From: a virus
Lineage: Duplodnaviria; Caudoviricetes
IMG/VR virus record: IMGVR_UViG_3300006483_000017
Coordinates: 1 to 37,410 of that record
DNA: 37,410 bases
Strand: one strand, 5' to 3'
The notes under the pieces were generated by a model that was not told the DNA's origin, made no database searches, and was given only the letters and a program-made list of their open reading frames with translations. The position numbers and the translations under genes are program-made. This document shows positions 1-9,342 of this stretch, piece after piece (position 1 is the first letter of the stretch; each line of letters starts with the position of its first letter).

Positions 1-4
1 CATC

Positions 5-3000
5 TTATCCTCCTAACCTGTACCTATTCCTTTTCTTAGCCCTCTTATCCAGAGCCTGATTAACCATTCCCTCTGTTCTTTTATCTAAATCTTCAACACC
101 ATACACTTCACCCAGGAATTGAACTATAATCGTATCACCACTCTCAGGTCCTTTTGGTCGTGGTCCTTGTGGTGGTGGGTTATAAGTACCTTCCAATGCC
201 CTCCTGGTGGGATCATAATTCCTGTTACCAATTTTCGCCCAGACATGACTCATTCCATCATAGTGTCCCCACACCATCTGTGCGGGTAATCCCCAAAGGT
301 CATTGGCTATTCCCATTATTCCAAGTGTCATGTCGAAACAGTTTCCGCCATTTGCAACTGCATCAAATGGATTTATAAGGTGTCCACCATAACCCATATG
401 CTCCAGGCCAGGGCCAATGTCAGTCATGAATTCATGGAAATCCTGAGGTGGTCCACTGGGTGGAATCCATGTTCCCCTGATGAGTTTGGCAGCCATATCA
501 AAGGGTTGACCACCAACGGTTGCCCATGTATGTGGAGTCTTACCCCAGAATCCGTTCTGCATACCAGCATTAAGGCCGAATCTCTGGCTGGCTTCGGAAA
601 CAACGAACTGTGCTCCATCATAACAGTTACATAATCCGCTATCCCAAACCTCCTTATTACTTTTCTGATCACCGAAATAGAATTGATATGCAAGATGATC
701 AGATATTCCATTTGCTATATCTCTGAAGGCACTAACACCACTGAATCGTTTCTCCATAGCATTTCTGATATACCCTACTCCAACACCAGACTTGCGACTC
801 ATAGTATTAGCAATAGCATCCTTAATGGGACCTCCTGGTGCGGTCATATACTGCATTGCCCTTCCAACACCAGTAGCAGCAGCCGAACTTACACCTGGAC
901 CCATAGGCCATCTGAATCCGGGAATCTTATCCGTAATAGCCTTTAAAATCCGCCCAGCATCCGGTATTTTCCATACGAGTTTACTGATTTTTTGCCAGGT
1001 CTGAGATAATAACTGACTAACACCAGGAATTCTCCAGATTAAACTACTTATCTTCCGCCAGGTCTGAGATAATAACTGACCGGCAGATGGGATTCTCCAA
1101 TTCAGTCTTGGTATTTTATTCTGAACGACTTCTATTACCTGACCAATACTCGGAATTCTCCAATTCAGTCTTGGTATGGCTGATTTAACTCTCTGAATGA
1201 TTTCTCTCAAAATATTACCAGGATCAGGCCACTGCATTTTAGGAATGCTAATCTTGGGCATTAAATTGCCAAAATCAGGAAGTTTAAAATCTGGTAACTT
1301 GAAATCTAGTATTCCACCTTTACCGAATATTCCGCTGAAATCACCACTGGCGATCTTCTGTATAATATCCCAGAGGTCCTGTAATGGTTTGAGAACCGGG
1401 TCCACATAACTTTTAAGGGCATTAAATACTCTGCCACCCCAATTCCATAACTCTTTCAAAGCCGGGATAAGGCCGGGACTACACCCTACTATCCAACAAT
1501 AAACCTTCCGTAAAGTGTCTATGAATCCTCCACCAATCGTTGAAGGGTCATTCCAGTAATTCATGAAATCTTCCCAAGCACCACTTAAACCACTGACAAG
1601 GTCATTCCATCCTCCCTGGAACCATTTAATTGTGTTATCATAAGCACCCTTCCACCAGTCTGTTGTATCCATCCACCAGGACTGGATACTTGCGTGCATC
1701 TCCATTAATCCGACATCAGCCTGGTTGAATGCCCTCTCCAAACCGAACCAGATAATACCTCCCCAATCTTGGTTTTTTATGGCGTCATGGAAGTTTTGAT
1801 TACTAACCACAAACTCATCATATTGGGCGGTGTACTCATCATAATACTTCTTGTTATCCTTCCAGAACTTAGTGTAATTGTCTTTACCCTCTTCTATCCG
1901 TTTAAGAGTACCCGCATACCTCAATTTAACACTATCAATCTTGTTATAATAATCCATCTCCAATTTAAGAGCCTGTTCCTCCTCTGGTGAGAAAACAGTT
2001 TCCACAGGTCTGCCAGTTGTTTTACTCTTATACTTAGCAATGCTTGTTTCCGCAGCACCACTACGCTGTTCATGCAGTTCCTGTATCCCCTTCTGAACTT
2101 GTCTTGCCTCTTTATACTTATTCTCAGCCTCAGTCGCACCCTCAGTCGTTAACCTTAAATTTTCCCTGGCATCAGCAATCTCTTTATCAATCTGTACAGT
2201 GTCCCTACCCGCTGCGATATTCTCTCGTCTTTTATTCTCTAATTCACCAATCCGGTTCTTGTAATAGTCAATATTATTAGTGTAAGCAGTCATCTGCTGG
2301 TTATGCTCCGCTTCAACCTCTTTCCACTTGGCAGTGTGGCTCGAAATCTGACCTATCAAATAGGCTACACCAACCAGGGCTGCTGCCTCCGCTGCTAAAC
2401 CTAACCCTACTTTTGCAACGCTTTTACCCAAACCTGACATGCTTATGGTGGCTTGTGTCCCAGCAGTGGTCATATCCAGGATTTTCTCAACAAGTTTAGA
2501 AGCCATGCCATAGGCTGATTTAAGTGGTGAATACAGGAGGGCGAATATACCACTTAATGAGGCTGCACCCGCAGCCACTAACATTATCGTTGAGGAAAGT
2601 CCGCCAGTGGATTCATCAATGGCGAGTATGGTTTCAAGGAATTGTGTTATACCTGGTAATAGTTTACTTCCGAGTTCTGTCGCTGCTAACTGAAATTTGC
2701 CTTTAACCTCTTCAAGTTTACTGCTTGATAACTCGGTTAATGGAATCTGCTTATAACCCTCAGCAGTCAAAGCCTCATTTATTGCAAGAATACGATCCTC
2801 TATGCTTTCCTTACCCTCTAATGTTTTTATCTGATTTTTGAGTAACCCATCCCTTTGCATTAAACCAGTATTTCCGGTTAAGATATAATCTTTTATTTCA
2901 CGCTGATATTCCTGGACAAATCCACCCATAACCTCCTTGGATATAGTAGTGTAATAGGCTGTAACCTCACCAAGAAGTTCTAATTCTTTGACTGTCAGGC

Positions 3001-3649
3001 TGGATTCTTTAGCCAATGCTCCGGTGAGGAGGGCATTCATGAAAGTGTCATCACCAGGGACCTCTGAAACAATCCTGGCTATTATCTCCTGATATTTCTT
3101 AGCCTCATTTGCAGTCATCACTGTCTGGAGATATACATTGTTAAACTGTCGCTGTGTTGCTCCACCCCATGACATACTTGCTAATTCCATTAAGCCGAAT
3201 CCACCAGCAACCATGCCGATAAGGCCTTCGAGGGTGTCCATTCCATCAAGCACACCGCCTATCTTGCTCCCGATACTGCTAATAGCACTTCCACCAGCAC
3301 TGCCTAATCCTTTGAGGCTGCTCACCGCTGACCTTGCACCCTGGCTGATTCCATCCTTGATATTGTGTGCGGTTTCCCTGACTGATGCTTTAAGACCTGA
3401 TAAGGAACTTACACCACCCTTACCCATACTCTTCAGGCTGTTTTCACCTTTCCTGGCACTGCTGGATACATCATTACCCATCTTACTGGCACTTTTACCT
3501 ATATTGCTCAGGCTTGAATCGGCTGATCCTGCACCTTTTTTAATGGCGTCCATACCGGTCTTAACACTGTTGCCAGCATCACCCATCATCTTACTGAGGT
3601 TGCTTTTACCGTCAAGGATTAACTCTATCTTATATGTTCCCATGTTCAC
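5..3649 (-). CDS. Tail tape measure protein with two C-terminal transglutaminase-like (Cys-His-Asp) domains
   Basis: 1214 aa; follows tail tube and chaperones. Gly/Ser/Ala-rich helical N-terminus, hydrophobic segments, coiled coil, Trp-periodic repeats. C-terminal motifs: GLCNCYD..HTWA..FD and GGNCFD..HVWA..YDPT. Confidence 0.92.
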   Translation of the reverse strand: MNMGTYKIELILDGKSNLSKMMGDAGNSVKTGMDAIKKGAGSADSSLSNIGKSASKMGNDVSSSARKGENSLKSMGKGGVSSLSGLKASVRETAHNIKDGISQGARSAVSSLKGLGSAGGSAISSIGSKIGGVLDGMDTLEGLIGMVAGGFGLMELASMSWGGATQRQFNNVYLQTVMTANEAKKYQEIIARIVSEVPGDDTFMNALLTGALAKESSLTVKELELLGEVTAYYTTISKEVMGGFVQEYQREIKDYILTGNTGLMQRDGLLKNQIKTLEGKESIEDRILAINEALTAEGYKQIPLTELSSSKLEEVKGKFQLAATELGSKLLPGITQFLETILAIDESTGGLSSTIMLVAAGAASLSGIFALLYSPLKSAYGMASKLVEKILDMTTAGTQATISMSGLGKSVAKVGLGLAAEAAALVGVAYLIGQISSHTAKWKEVEAEHNQQMTAYTNNIDYYKNRIGELENKRRENIAAGRDTVQIDKEIADARENLRLTTEGATEAENKYKEARQVQKGIQELHEQRSGAAETSIAKYKSKTTGRPVETVFSPEEEQALKLEMDYYNKIDSVKLRYAGTLKRIEEGKDNYTKFWKDNKKYYDEYTAQYDEFVVSNQNFHDAIKNQDWGGIIWFGLERAFNQADVGLMEMHASIQSWWMDTTDWWKGAYDNTIKWFQGGWNDLVSGLSGAWEDFMNYWNDPSTIGGGFIDTLRKVYCWIVGCSPGLIPALKELWNWGGRVFNALKSYVDPVLKPLQDLWDIIQKIASGDFSGIFGKGGILDFKLPDFKLPDFGNLMPKISIPKMQWPDPGNILREIIQRVKSAIPRLNWRIPSIGQVIEVVQNKIPRLNWRIPSAGQLLSQTWRKISSLIWRIPGVSQLLSQTWQKISKLVWKIPDAGRILKAITDKIPGFRWPMGPGVSSAAATGVGRAMQYMTAPGGPIKDAIANTMSRKSGVGVGYIRNAMEKRFSGVSAFRDIANGISDHLAYQFYFGDQKSNKEVWDSGLCNCYDGAQFVVSEASQRFGLNAGMQNGFWGKTPHTWATVGGQPFDMAAKLIRGTWIPPSGPPQDFHEFMTDIGPGLEHMGYGGHLINPFDAVANGGNCFDMTLGIMGIANDLWGLPAQMVWGHYDGMSHVWAKIGNRNYDPTRRALEGTYNPPPQGPRPKGPESGDTIIVQFLGEVYGVEDLDKRTEGMVNQALDKRAKKRNRYRLGG
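905..1230 (-). repeat. Intragenic 63-bp (21-aa) tandem repeats in the tape measure gene
   Basis: WRIPSIGQVIEVVQNKIPRLN / WRIPSAGQLLSQTWRKISSLI / WRIPGVSQLLSQTWQKISKLV / WKIPDAGRILKAITDKIPGFR. DNA aggtctgagataataactgac occurs at 997 and 1060. Confidence 0.85.
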
Positions 3650-3667
3650 AGCCCTCTAAATATATTG

Positions 3668-3976
3668 TCATAGTTTTTTAACATTCTCCTGAAAATCAGG
3701 GTCATTGAAGCGTTGGATTGATTCACCCGGTGTCCATACAGGCTCATCAGGATCAGCATCCACCCTTACATCTGGCTGATCCTGTTCATCTTTAGGTTTT
3801 CCGAATATGGCATTCATTTTTATCTCGAAGGTTTTCCAGAAATGAAGCCACTCGTATTTCATTATCATATTGTGGTATTGGTCATCTTCTTCTTCGAACT
3901 CCTCCCGTGATAAGCCACGGAAGTGTTCAGCCTCCCAATACTCGTATCCTATTCCGTATTCGCTGTCTGAAAATCC
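3668..3976 (-). CDS. Tail assembly chaperone C-terminal extension (gpT-like), reached by -1 frameshift
   Basis: The frame of the 66-aa ORF is open 36 codons further upstream, to GGATTTT (3976..3970), and is bounded there by TGA. It lies between the chaperone and tape measure genes. Confidence 0.75.
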   Translation of the reverse strand, partial: GFSDSEYGIGYEYWEAEHFRGLSREEFEEEDDQYHNMIMKYEWLHFWKTFEIKMNAIFGKPKDEQDQPDVRVDADPDEPVWTPGESIQRFNDPDFQENVKKL

Positions 3977-4404
3977 TCAGTATCCACATCCTCTTCGGTG
4001 TTTCCAAGCATCCTGGCTCTGGCTATGATCGCCTTTTTACCAGCCTGTTCAAGGGCATCAATATCTTCATCACTGTATCCTCTGGCCTTGTATTTCCGGC
4101 GTTCAATGGCATCCTGGATAACTTCAAGGTCCTGAACATCAAGATACTCTAATTCTTCCTTCTTTATTGGTTTTACAATCTGTTTAACCAGTTTACCGGC
4201 TTCTCGTATCCACTCCTCGCTTAATTTCTCGTACTCCTTGAAATCAACCATGTTGCTGTTCATGTAGGATTCCTTTTTCAGGAGATAGGTGATTTTATTA
4301 CTTATCCGCTTAGTGGTTTTGGATAATTCACGGTCTTTTCCCAAGAAATGGATTACGGTCTTCCTGTTGCTGTCTAAAACTTTCATATCGTTCTGATTAG
4401 TCAT
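3949..4404 (-). CDS. Tail assembly chaperone (gpG-like)
   Basis: Lies between tail tube and TMP. Start moved to MTNQND at 4404 (RBS GAGGGG), because the longer ORF-track N-terminus runs through a terminator. Confidence 0.75.
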   Translation of the reverse strand: MTNQNDMKVLDSNRKTVIHFLGKDRELSKTTKRISNKITYLLKKESYMNSNMVDFKEYEKLSEEWIREAGKLVKQIVKPIKKEELEYLDVQDLEVIQDAIERRKYKARGYSDEDIDALEQAGKKAIIARARMLGNTEEDVDTEDFQTANTE

Positions 4405-4444
4405 GCTTAAATTCCCCTCTGACAATTTTATATAAAAATAGGGT

Positions 4445-4495
4445 AAAAAAAGAAAAGAAAAAAATTTCTGAACTGTTTCCAAAATGGAAACAGTT
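4445..4495 (-). terminator. Hairpin plus T-tract terminator after the tail tube gene
   Basis: Perfect 11-bp IR aactgtttcca-aaa-tggaaacagtt (4471..4495), followed by T-tracts on the minus strand. Confidence 0.7.
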
Positions 4496-4498
4496 GGC

Positions 4499-5527
4499 TT
4501 AAATTATGCTTGCTAATTTACTGACTACTTCGCCGGTTAGGATGCAATCCGTACCCAATCCATTATTCGTACCATCATAGTACCGTGCTGCGAAGTCAAT
4601 GTCATAGAGTATTGTCTTATCACTGTTCTTATCCCTCGCACATTTACTCATGTTCACTAATGGCATTTTGAAGTCCATCAGATATTTATATGTGTCATGG
4701 ATTGTTGGTCCAGTGCAGATTAATTCTAACTCTTTCTCAGCAATGATCGTATCCAGGGTGGTTCCAGTTGAACTGCCTGACAGGTACTCCATCAAGTAGT
4801 CTTTAGTTTCGTATGGGAATTGTAATGATCCGGTTACAGCCCAATCCGTTGGTGTGATTATGTTAGGTATTAATGCGGTTTTAGGATCACCACTCGCACC
4901 GGTTAGTTTATCCGTGCTCCTCTCAATCTTCAGGGCAGCCTTAGTAACATCAGTCTTTAAGGTTTGATCTATCTTACAAGTGAAGTTACCCCATGTGAAG
5001 ATGGGTGCTGTGCTGTAAGTCCTTGTAGGTGCTGTTTTACTGGCATCATAACCGGCACACTCCCAGGTTGGTTTCAGGGTGATTGGTCCTGGTCCATCAT
5101 AACCTATTTCTAATGATTTGAGAACCGCTCCTGTATAAGCCTCTACATCTGGTGCTGTTAAGCCAGGAGCCCAGTGTGTTAAACTTGCACTGCGAATTGA
5201 ATCCCAATCCTGAGTAAATGTATGTTTATAACTTGGTCCTGTGCCGTTAATCGCTGATGTGGCGTCACCGAAGATTAGTTTAAGCAGTGGTTCGAGTCCT
5301 TCTTCTGGCCATGCAGGTAGATTCATATCTCCACCAACCTCAGCATCCTTACGATACATAAGTTTACTGCCAGGCACTCCATCACAAATATCCAAGTCCT
5401 CATCATTCGGTGTGACATCCACTCCGAAATCAGTGTACCTTATATAGGTGGTGGGGGCCTTGTAAGTGTTATAGGTGTCTTCAATAGCCATACCCAGGGC
5501 ATAACTCTTCTTACTCCTTCTAACCAT
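4499..5527 (-). CDS. Major tail (tube) protein
   Basis: 342 aa, beta-rich. N-terminal LGMAIEDTYNT and YKHTFT motifs resemble tail tube proteins; position upstream of the chaperones and TMP fits. Confidence 0.85.
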   Translation of the reverse strand: MVRRSKKSYALGMAIEDTYNTYKAPTTYIRYTDFGVDVTPNDEDLDICDGVPGSKLMYRKDAEVGGDMNLPAWPEEGLEPLLKLIFGDATSAINGTGPSYKHTFTQDWDSIRSASLTHWAPGLTAPDVEAYTGAVLKSLEIGYDGPGPITLKPTWECAGYDASKTAPTRTYSTAPIFTWGNFTCKIDQTLKTDVTKAALKIERSTDKLTGASGDPKTALIPNIITPTDWAVTGSLQFPYETKDYLMEYLSGSSTGTTLDTIIAEKELELICTGPTIHDTYKYLMDFKMPLVNMSKCARDKNSDKTILYDIDFAARYYDGTNNGLGTDCILTGEVVSKLASII

Positions 5528-5718
5528 TATCCTTTCCCTCCTTTAACTCGTTTATATAATCCTCGCTCTAACTCCTTAGCCTTCGATTCAGGCACTTCAA
5601 ATTCACCATTCACTGGCACTTCCCCTACTCCTGGAATATGCTGAGGACTGGGTGCTATGCTCTTCATACGAATCAAGCCTGAATCCTTCTTAACTTCTCG
5701 TTTCTCCTTTTTAGGCAA
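5527..5718 (-). CDS. Small putative virion protein
   Basis: RBS GAGGTGA precedes a TTG start; the stop overlaps the tail tube start. Confidence 0.6.
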   Translation of the reverse strand: MPKKEKREVKKDSGLIRMKSIAPSPQHIPGVGEVPVNGEFEVPESKAKELERGLYKRVKGGKG

Positions 5719-5751
5719 TATTATCACCTCTGAATTGTTATTTTTCTTATT

Positions 5752-6225
5752 TTAGTCATGGGTTGTCATGAAAATAATCCGTGCACCGCTAATCATTCGG
5801 CTGGTTGTCTTCATCACCTCATCATAAATCACTGATGGCTTAGCCCAGGAAGCCTCTATGCAGGAATTGTTGAAAGTCATGTCCTTAATTATCTCATCCT
5901 TGAGGAGTGGAACTATCCTGTAAACTTCAAGTGTGGCTTTGCTGATAGGGCCACTGACATAGAGTGTTAAATGCCAGGGTACTGTGAAAGGAGTGTCTGG
6001 AGGGTTAGGCCCGGCGTAGTCAAGATGGCCCTCCTCAGTCACGGCTCTTATGCTTAACACCTTTCCGGGTGGCATCTGATCCGTGTCATAATCACCAATC
6101 ACCACCAAGTCAAGGACCTTTTCTGTTATATCCTTTCCTTTATCATCCTGGCCAGTGATTTCAGTCAATGCTTCCAATCTTGATTTAATATTCTCTGCGG
6201 TTGTTTTAACAGTCATGTATATCAC
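5752..6225 (-). CDS. Tail terminator / tail completion protein
   Basis: Size (~155 aa) and position immediately before the tail tube module; start may be 6216. Confidence 0.6.
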   Translation of the reverse strand: MIYMTVKTTAENIKSRLEALTEITGQDDKGKDITEKVLDLVVIGDYDTDQMPPGKVLSIRAVTEEGHLDYAGPNPPDTPFTVPWHLTLYVSGPISKATLEVYRIVPLLKDEIIKDMTFNNSCIEASWAKPSVIYDEVMKTTSRMISGARIIFMTTHD

Positions 6226-6686
6226 AATTCTTCAAGCCATTTACCCATTTCCATAGCCTGTCTTTGCACTTTGGGTTCTGCTGTTCGGACTCCCTTCTTC
6301 ATAGTGTCACGGCCACTGAATGGTCCTGCACTCTTCCTGAATATGTGCTTACCCTTCACGCAGAAATGTAGAGCCTTGGCTTTCTTAACATGGACACTGC
6401 CACGGCCTTTTTCAAACCATTTGAACCAGGGTGCGGTGTGTGTGTCAGCATAAACCTCACCACCCTGACTGGTGGGTCGTTTGCGGATGGCTGACTTGGT
6501 TGTTCCACCCTTTCCTTCTCCAGGGCAATGCTGACCCCTGGGGATATGGAACTGCCATTCAGTCTGAATAGTTCCAAGCATTTTGTCAGTTCTTTTAATG
6601 AACTCCGTTGGCATCTTAGAGGCTTTTTGGATCAGTCTATCCGGTAATCCTCCATCACCGACTGTAATGAATAACTCCGTTGACAT
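6222..6686 (-). CDS. HK97 gp10-like neck/tail completion protein
   Basis: Basic protein with APWFKWFEKG..VKKAKALHF motif; position fits. Confidence 0.65.
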   Translation of the reverse strand: MSTELFITVGDGGLPDRLIQKASKMPTEFIKRTDKMLGTIQTEWQFHIPRGQHCPGEGKGGTTKSAIRKRPTSQGGEVYADTHTAPWFKWFEKGRGSVHVKKAKALHFCVKGKHIFRKSAGPFSGRDTMKKGVRTAEPKVQRQAMEMGKWLEEL

Positions 6687-6693
6687 TATACCA

Positions 6694-7104
6694 TCACCAT
6701 CTCCTGGTCCTCCTCACAAGGTCATAATACTTTTTACTCCCACGGAATGGTCGGTATTTACTACTATTCCGTCGGTTGTATCCTCCTTTGGGAATTCCGG
6801 CTTTATTTTCATTAAGCCATCCATTGATAATCCTGTAAGCCTTCGCCTCCCAAGCCACTGCCGTGGGGCTTCTGTCACTGCCGTGTGGTGTGATCCCATC
6901 CAGGTATTCGGCCTGAGCCAGGAGTGTCGCTGCCTTTTTAATACTATCTGGAGTGGTTGAGGGTATTGTGGCTTCGACTAACTCAGCATCCACTAACTCA
7001 TCCGCTGTGGTGATAGCATCATTCAATAAATCCGAGTCGATAGTGGTGACAACATCCAATTTCTCTATCTTCCGTGTAACCTCACCAGAATCAGCATAAC
7101 TCAC
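6694..7104 (-). CDS. Head-tail adaptor protein (gp6/gp36-like)
   Basis: MSYAD..AITTADELVDAEL..P..IKKAATLLA pattern; GTG start at 7104 behind RBS GGAGGAG. Confidence 0.7.
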   Translation of the reverse strand: MSYADSGEVTRKIEKLDVVTTIDSDLLNDAITTADELVDAELVEATIPSTTPDSIKKAATLLAQAEYLDGITPHGSDRSPTAVAWEAKAYRIINGWLNENKAGIPKGGYNRRNSSKYRPFRGSKKYYDLVRRTRRW

Positions 7105-7117
7105 TTTTAACTCCTCC

Positions 7118-7167
7118 AAAAAAAAAATTATGTGAATATCCCATAAAAAAAAGGGAAATATGGGATA
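7118..7167 (-). terminator. Hairpin plus T-tract, probable terminator
   Basis: IR tatcccata (7137..7145) / tatgggata (7159..7167), with a T10 tract downstream on the minus strand. Confidence 0.5.
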
Positions 7168-7191
7168 ATAATTCAAATGTATATTTCACCT

Positions 7192-7740
7192 TTATGCTTG
7201 AAGGACCACTGCGGTAACGGTTGCTGGAACTCCTACGCTTTGTGCTGACATTAATTCTACTGTTATTGCCCCTGTATCTGTGGTGAAACTAACATTCTTT
7301 ATAGGGGTTTCACAATCGGCAGAGGGTATAACTCCAATTACCACTCCATCTATATCTTCAGCATTGGTTACACTGCCACTGGCAGCTTCACTATCAATAG
7401 TGATATCTCTTTCAACTATTTTAAGTTCAGCCACACCAATGCTGTCATCAGACATATTGGCCTGTTCCACACTGTTATCTGAAAGACTGACTGCCCCTGT
7501 ATTGCTTATACTGGCATCACCAGTCATTTGAACGTATGCCGGGGATTTATCCCCATCAGTTACAATGATCATTCCACTGCCACTGGCATCTTCCAAGTTT
7601 TCAATTGGAATTTCACCAGCACCATCCACTGCGGATATTCGGCTGTCCAAACCTGCTAACTCTTCATGTACCATTTTGGCCAGAGTAGGACTCCATCGAC
7701 TGTGATCCATTAATTGACGGGTTGTATAATTGAGTGTCAT
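7192..7740 (-). CDS. Putative head fibre / capsid decoration protein
   Basis: Acidic 182-aa protein directly after MCP; contains the fibre-like segment GDASISNTGAVSLSDNSVEQANMSDDSI. Confidence 0.5.
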   Translation of the reverse strand: MTLNYTTRQLMDHSRWSPTLAKMVHEELAGLDSRISAVDGAGEIPIENLEDASGSGMIIVTDGDKSPAYVQMTGDASISNTGAVSLSDNSVEQANMSDDSIGVAELKIVERDITIDSEAASGSVTNAEDIDGVVIGVIPSADCETPIKNVSFTTDTGAITVELMSAQSVGVPATVTAVVLQA

Positions 7741-7760
7741 AAACTTATCATTCCTCCTCT

Positions 7761-7805
7761 AAAAAAATAGTAAAAGATGGAAATATGGGGAAATCGAATC
7801 CCCCA
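7761..7805 (-). terminator. Probable terminator after MCP
   Basis: tgggg-aaatcgaatc-cccca stem followed by T-tracts on the minus strand. Confidence 0.45.
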
Positions 7806-7834
7806 CCCATCCATCTAATACATCCTTTTCTTTT

Positions 7835-8740
7835 TTATAATCCTGTCTGTGCCATTAAGGCATTAGGTTCGAGCACGGCTATGGTGTATTTGGCAGCCAT
7901 GAATATCTTAGTTATGTCAGGAATCTCATCAGCTACCCTCTTAACCTTAACATTGATAATAGGAGCATATCCTTCCATTCCCTTAGTCACTTTAGGATTA
8001 TATGCTCCTTCCTCAATACCGTAGGCTACAACTGCTGGTGGATTGGTAATGTCGAATCCTATTGCAGTTCCATGAGTGGCCATACTGCCTGAATAGGCAT
8101 GGGTGATTCCAAGCCAATTAAATGAATCCTCCATGTATCCACTGGCACTTCCTTCCTGATTCCTGATGAATTTCTGGAGTTCGGTGTGGTTAGTGCTGTC
8201 ATAGAATAAACCGGTCAGGGTGTCAGGAAGACTTTCATCCCTAAAGGCAGCCTTCATGTCGATCAGGTCCATGTCAACCTCGGCACTTTCATCCCAAGTA
8301 TTGTCAATTGTGGCTGTATCTGCACTGGCCTTAGCAATGCACTTAGCATGAGCATCATATTCCAATGCCCGGCCTATACCATAAGCCATTCTTTTAAGGA
8401 AGTATTCCACACTGTAAGGTCGTTTCTTAATCTTGTTGGTTTCCACTTCATAAGTGTACCCACTCATCAGGAGTGGCTGTGCATTGGGTGTCATTCCTGA
8501 CATCCTGACAATGTCAAGTTTACCACCCAATGCTCTGGGCACGGGAGTGGACATAATCTTAGATGCTATGTCCTCCTCCGCTGTTTTGTCAATGGTGTCG
8601 AAGATGAACTCCTCAGCATCACCACTATTGTGCATATCAAGGTATGGTACTAATCTCAGGTTTTTAACCACATGTTCGGTTACAAGTCCCTGGACATCAT
8701 TCCTGTTGAATAATGAAAAGTTATCTGGTGAATCTACCAT
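7835..8740 (-). CDS. Major capsid protein (HK97 fold)
   Basis: 301 aa, downstream of protease/scaffold and cement genes. Long helix LKRMAYGIGRALEYD and C-terminal AVLEPNALMAQTGL are typical of HK97-fold MCPs. Confidence 0.85.
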   Translation of the reverse strand: MVDSPDNFSLFNRNDVQGLVTEHVVKNLRLVPYLDMHNSGDAEEFIFDTIDKTAEEDIASKIMSTPVPRALGGKLDIVRMSGMTPNAQPLLMSGYTYEVETNKIKKRPYSVEYFLKRMAYGIGRALEYDAHAKCIAKASADTATIDNTWDESAEVDMDLIDMKAAFRDESLPDTLTGLFYDSTNHTELQKFIRNQEGSASGYMEDSFNWLGITHAYSGSMATHGTAIGFDITNPPAVVAYGIEEGAYNPKVTKGMEGYAPIINVKVKRVADEIPDITKIFMAAKYTIAVLEPNALMAQTGL

Positions 8741-8774
8741 TCTTAATCACTCTCCTATTCTTTTATTATTTTTT

Positions 8775-9308
8775 TTATGCTCCTGCATCTGATTCGACTA
8801 CGGGTCTGCCCACTACAAAGGCAAGTATACTCCCACCACTGGAAGCATCTGCACTTTCAAGGGCAATGACATTAGTTGGCTGTGATGCAGAGTCTTCTTC
8901 TTTATCAAATCCGTTCTTATTAGTGGTGTCAATTGCAAGGTAGGTTCCAGGAGTTATAGCCTGATTGGCTGCGTCCAATTTAACTTTATGGACATTACCT
9001 CCCATGAGGACAATGTTACCCCTGGCCCTGGTGTAATTTCCACTGGTTGCATTGGCAGCGGGGTTCTCATAGATCGGTTCGCCATCCACATATCCGATGG
9101 TAATTCCGGTTGAGGATTTCTCAACAGTTCTATCTGCACTGGTGTATATCTGGACCAGGTCACCATTATTTACCTGTGCAGCGTAACTACCACCACGGGT
9201 AATACCGTTATCTCCTCTGAAATTATCATTACGGGTGAAGTTACCCTCTTCAAGGAACATAGTAAATCCTTCACCTTCCCTGGCAACTAAGTGCATGTAT
9301 TCTGACAT
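8775..9308 (-). CDS. Capsid cement/decoration protein
   Basis: Between scaffold and MCP; GDLV..IGYV..AITPG..IALESA beta-tulip-like pattern. Confidence 0.65.
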   Translation of the reverse strand: MSEYMHLVAREGEGFTMFLEEGNFTRNDNFRGDNGITRGGSYAAQVNNGDLVQIYTSADRTVEKSSTGITIGYVDGEPIYENPAANATSGNYTRARGNIVLMGGNVHKVKLDAANQAITPGTYLAIDTTNKNGFDKEEDSASQPTNVIALESADASSGGSILAFVVGRPVVESDAGA

Positions 9309-9342
9309 AAAATATCACCTCATCATTTTCATATTATTATTT

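Noticed and set aside
3138..3659. 173-aa plus-strand ORF and the many other antisense ORFs over structural genes
   Set aside because: Shadow frames of strongly supported minus-strand genes; no RBS or motifs.
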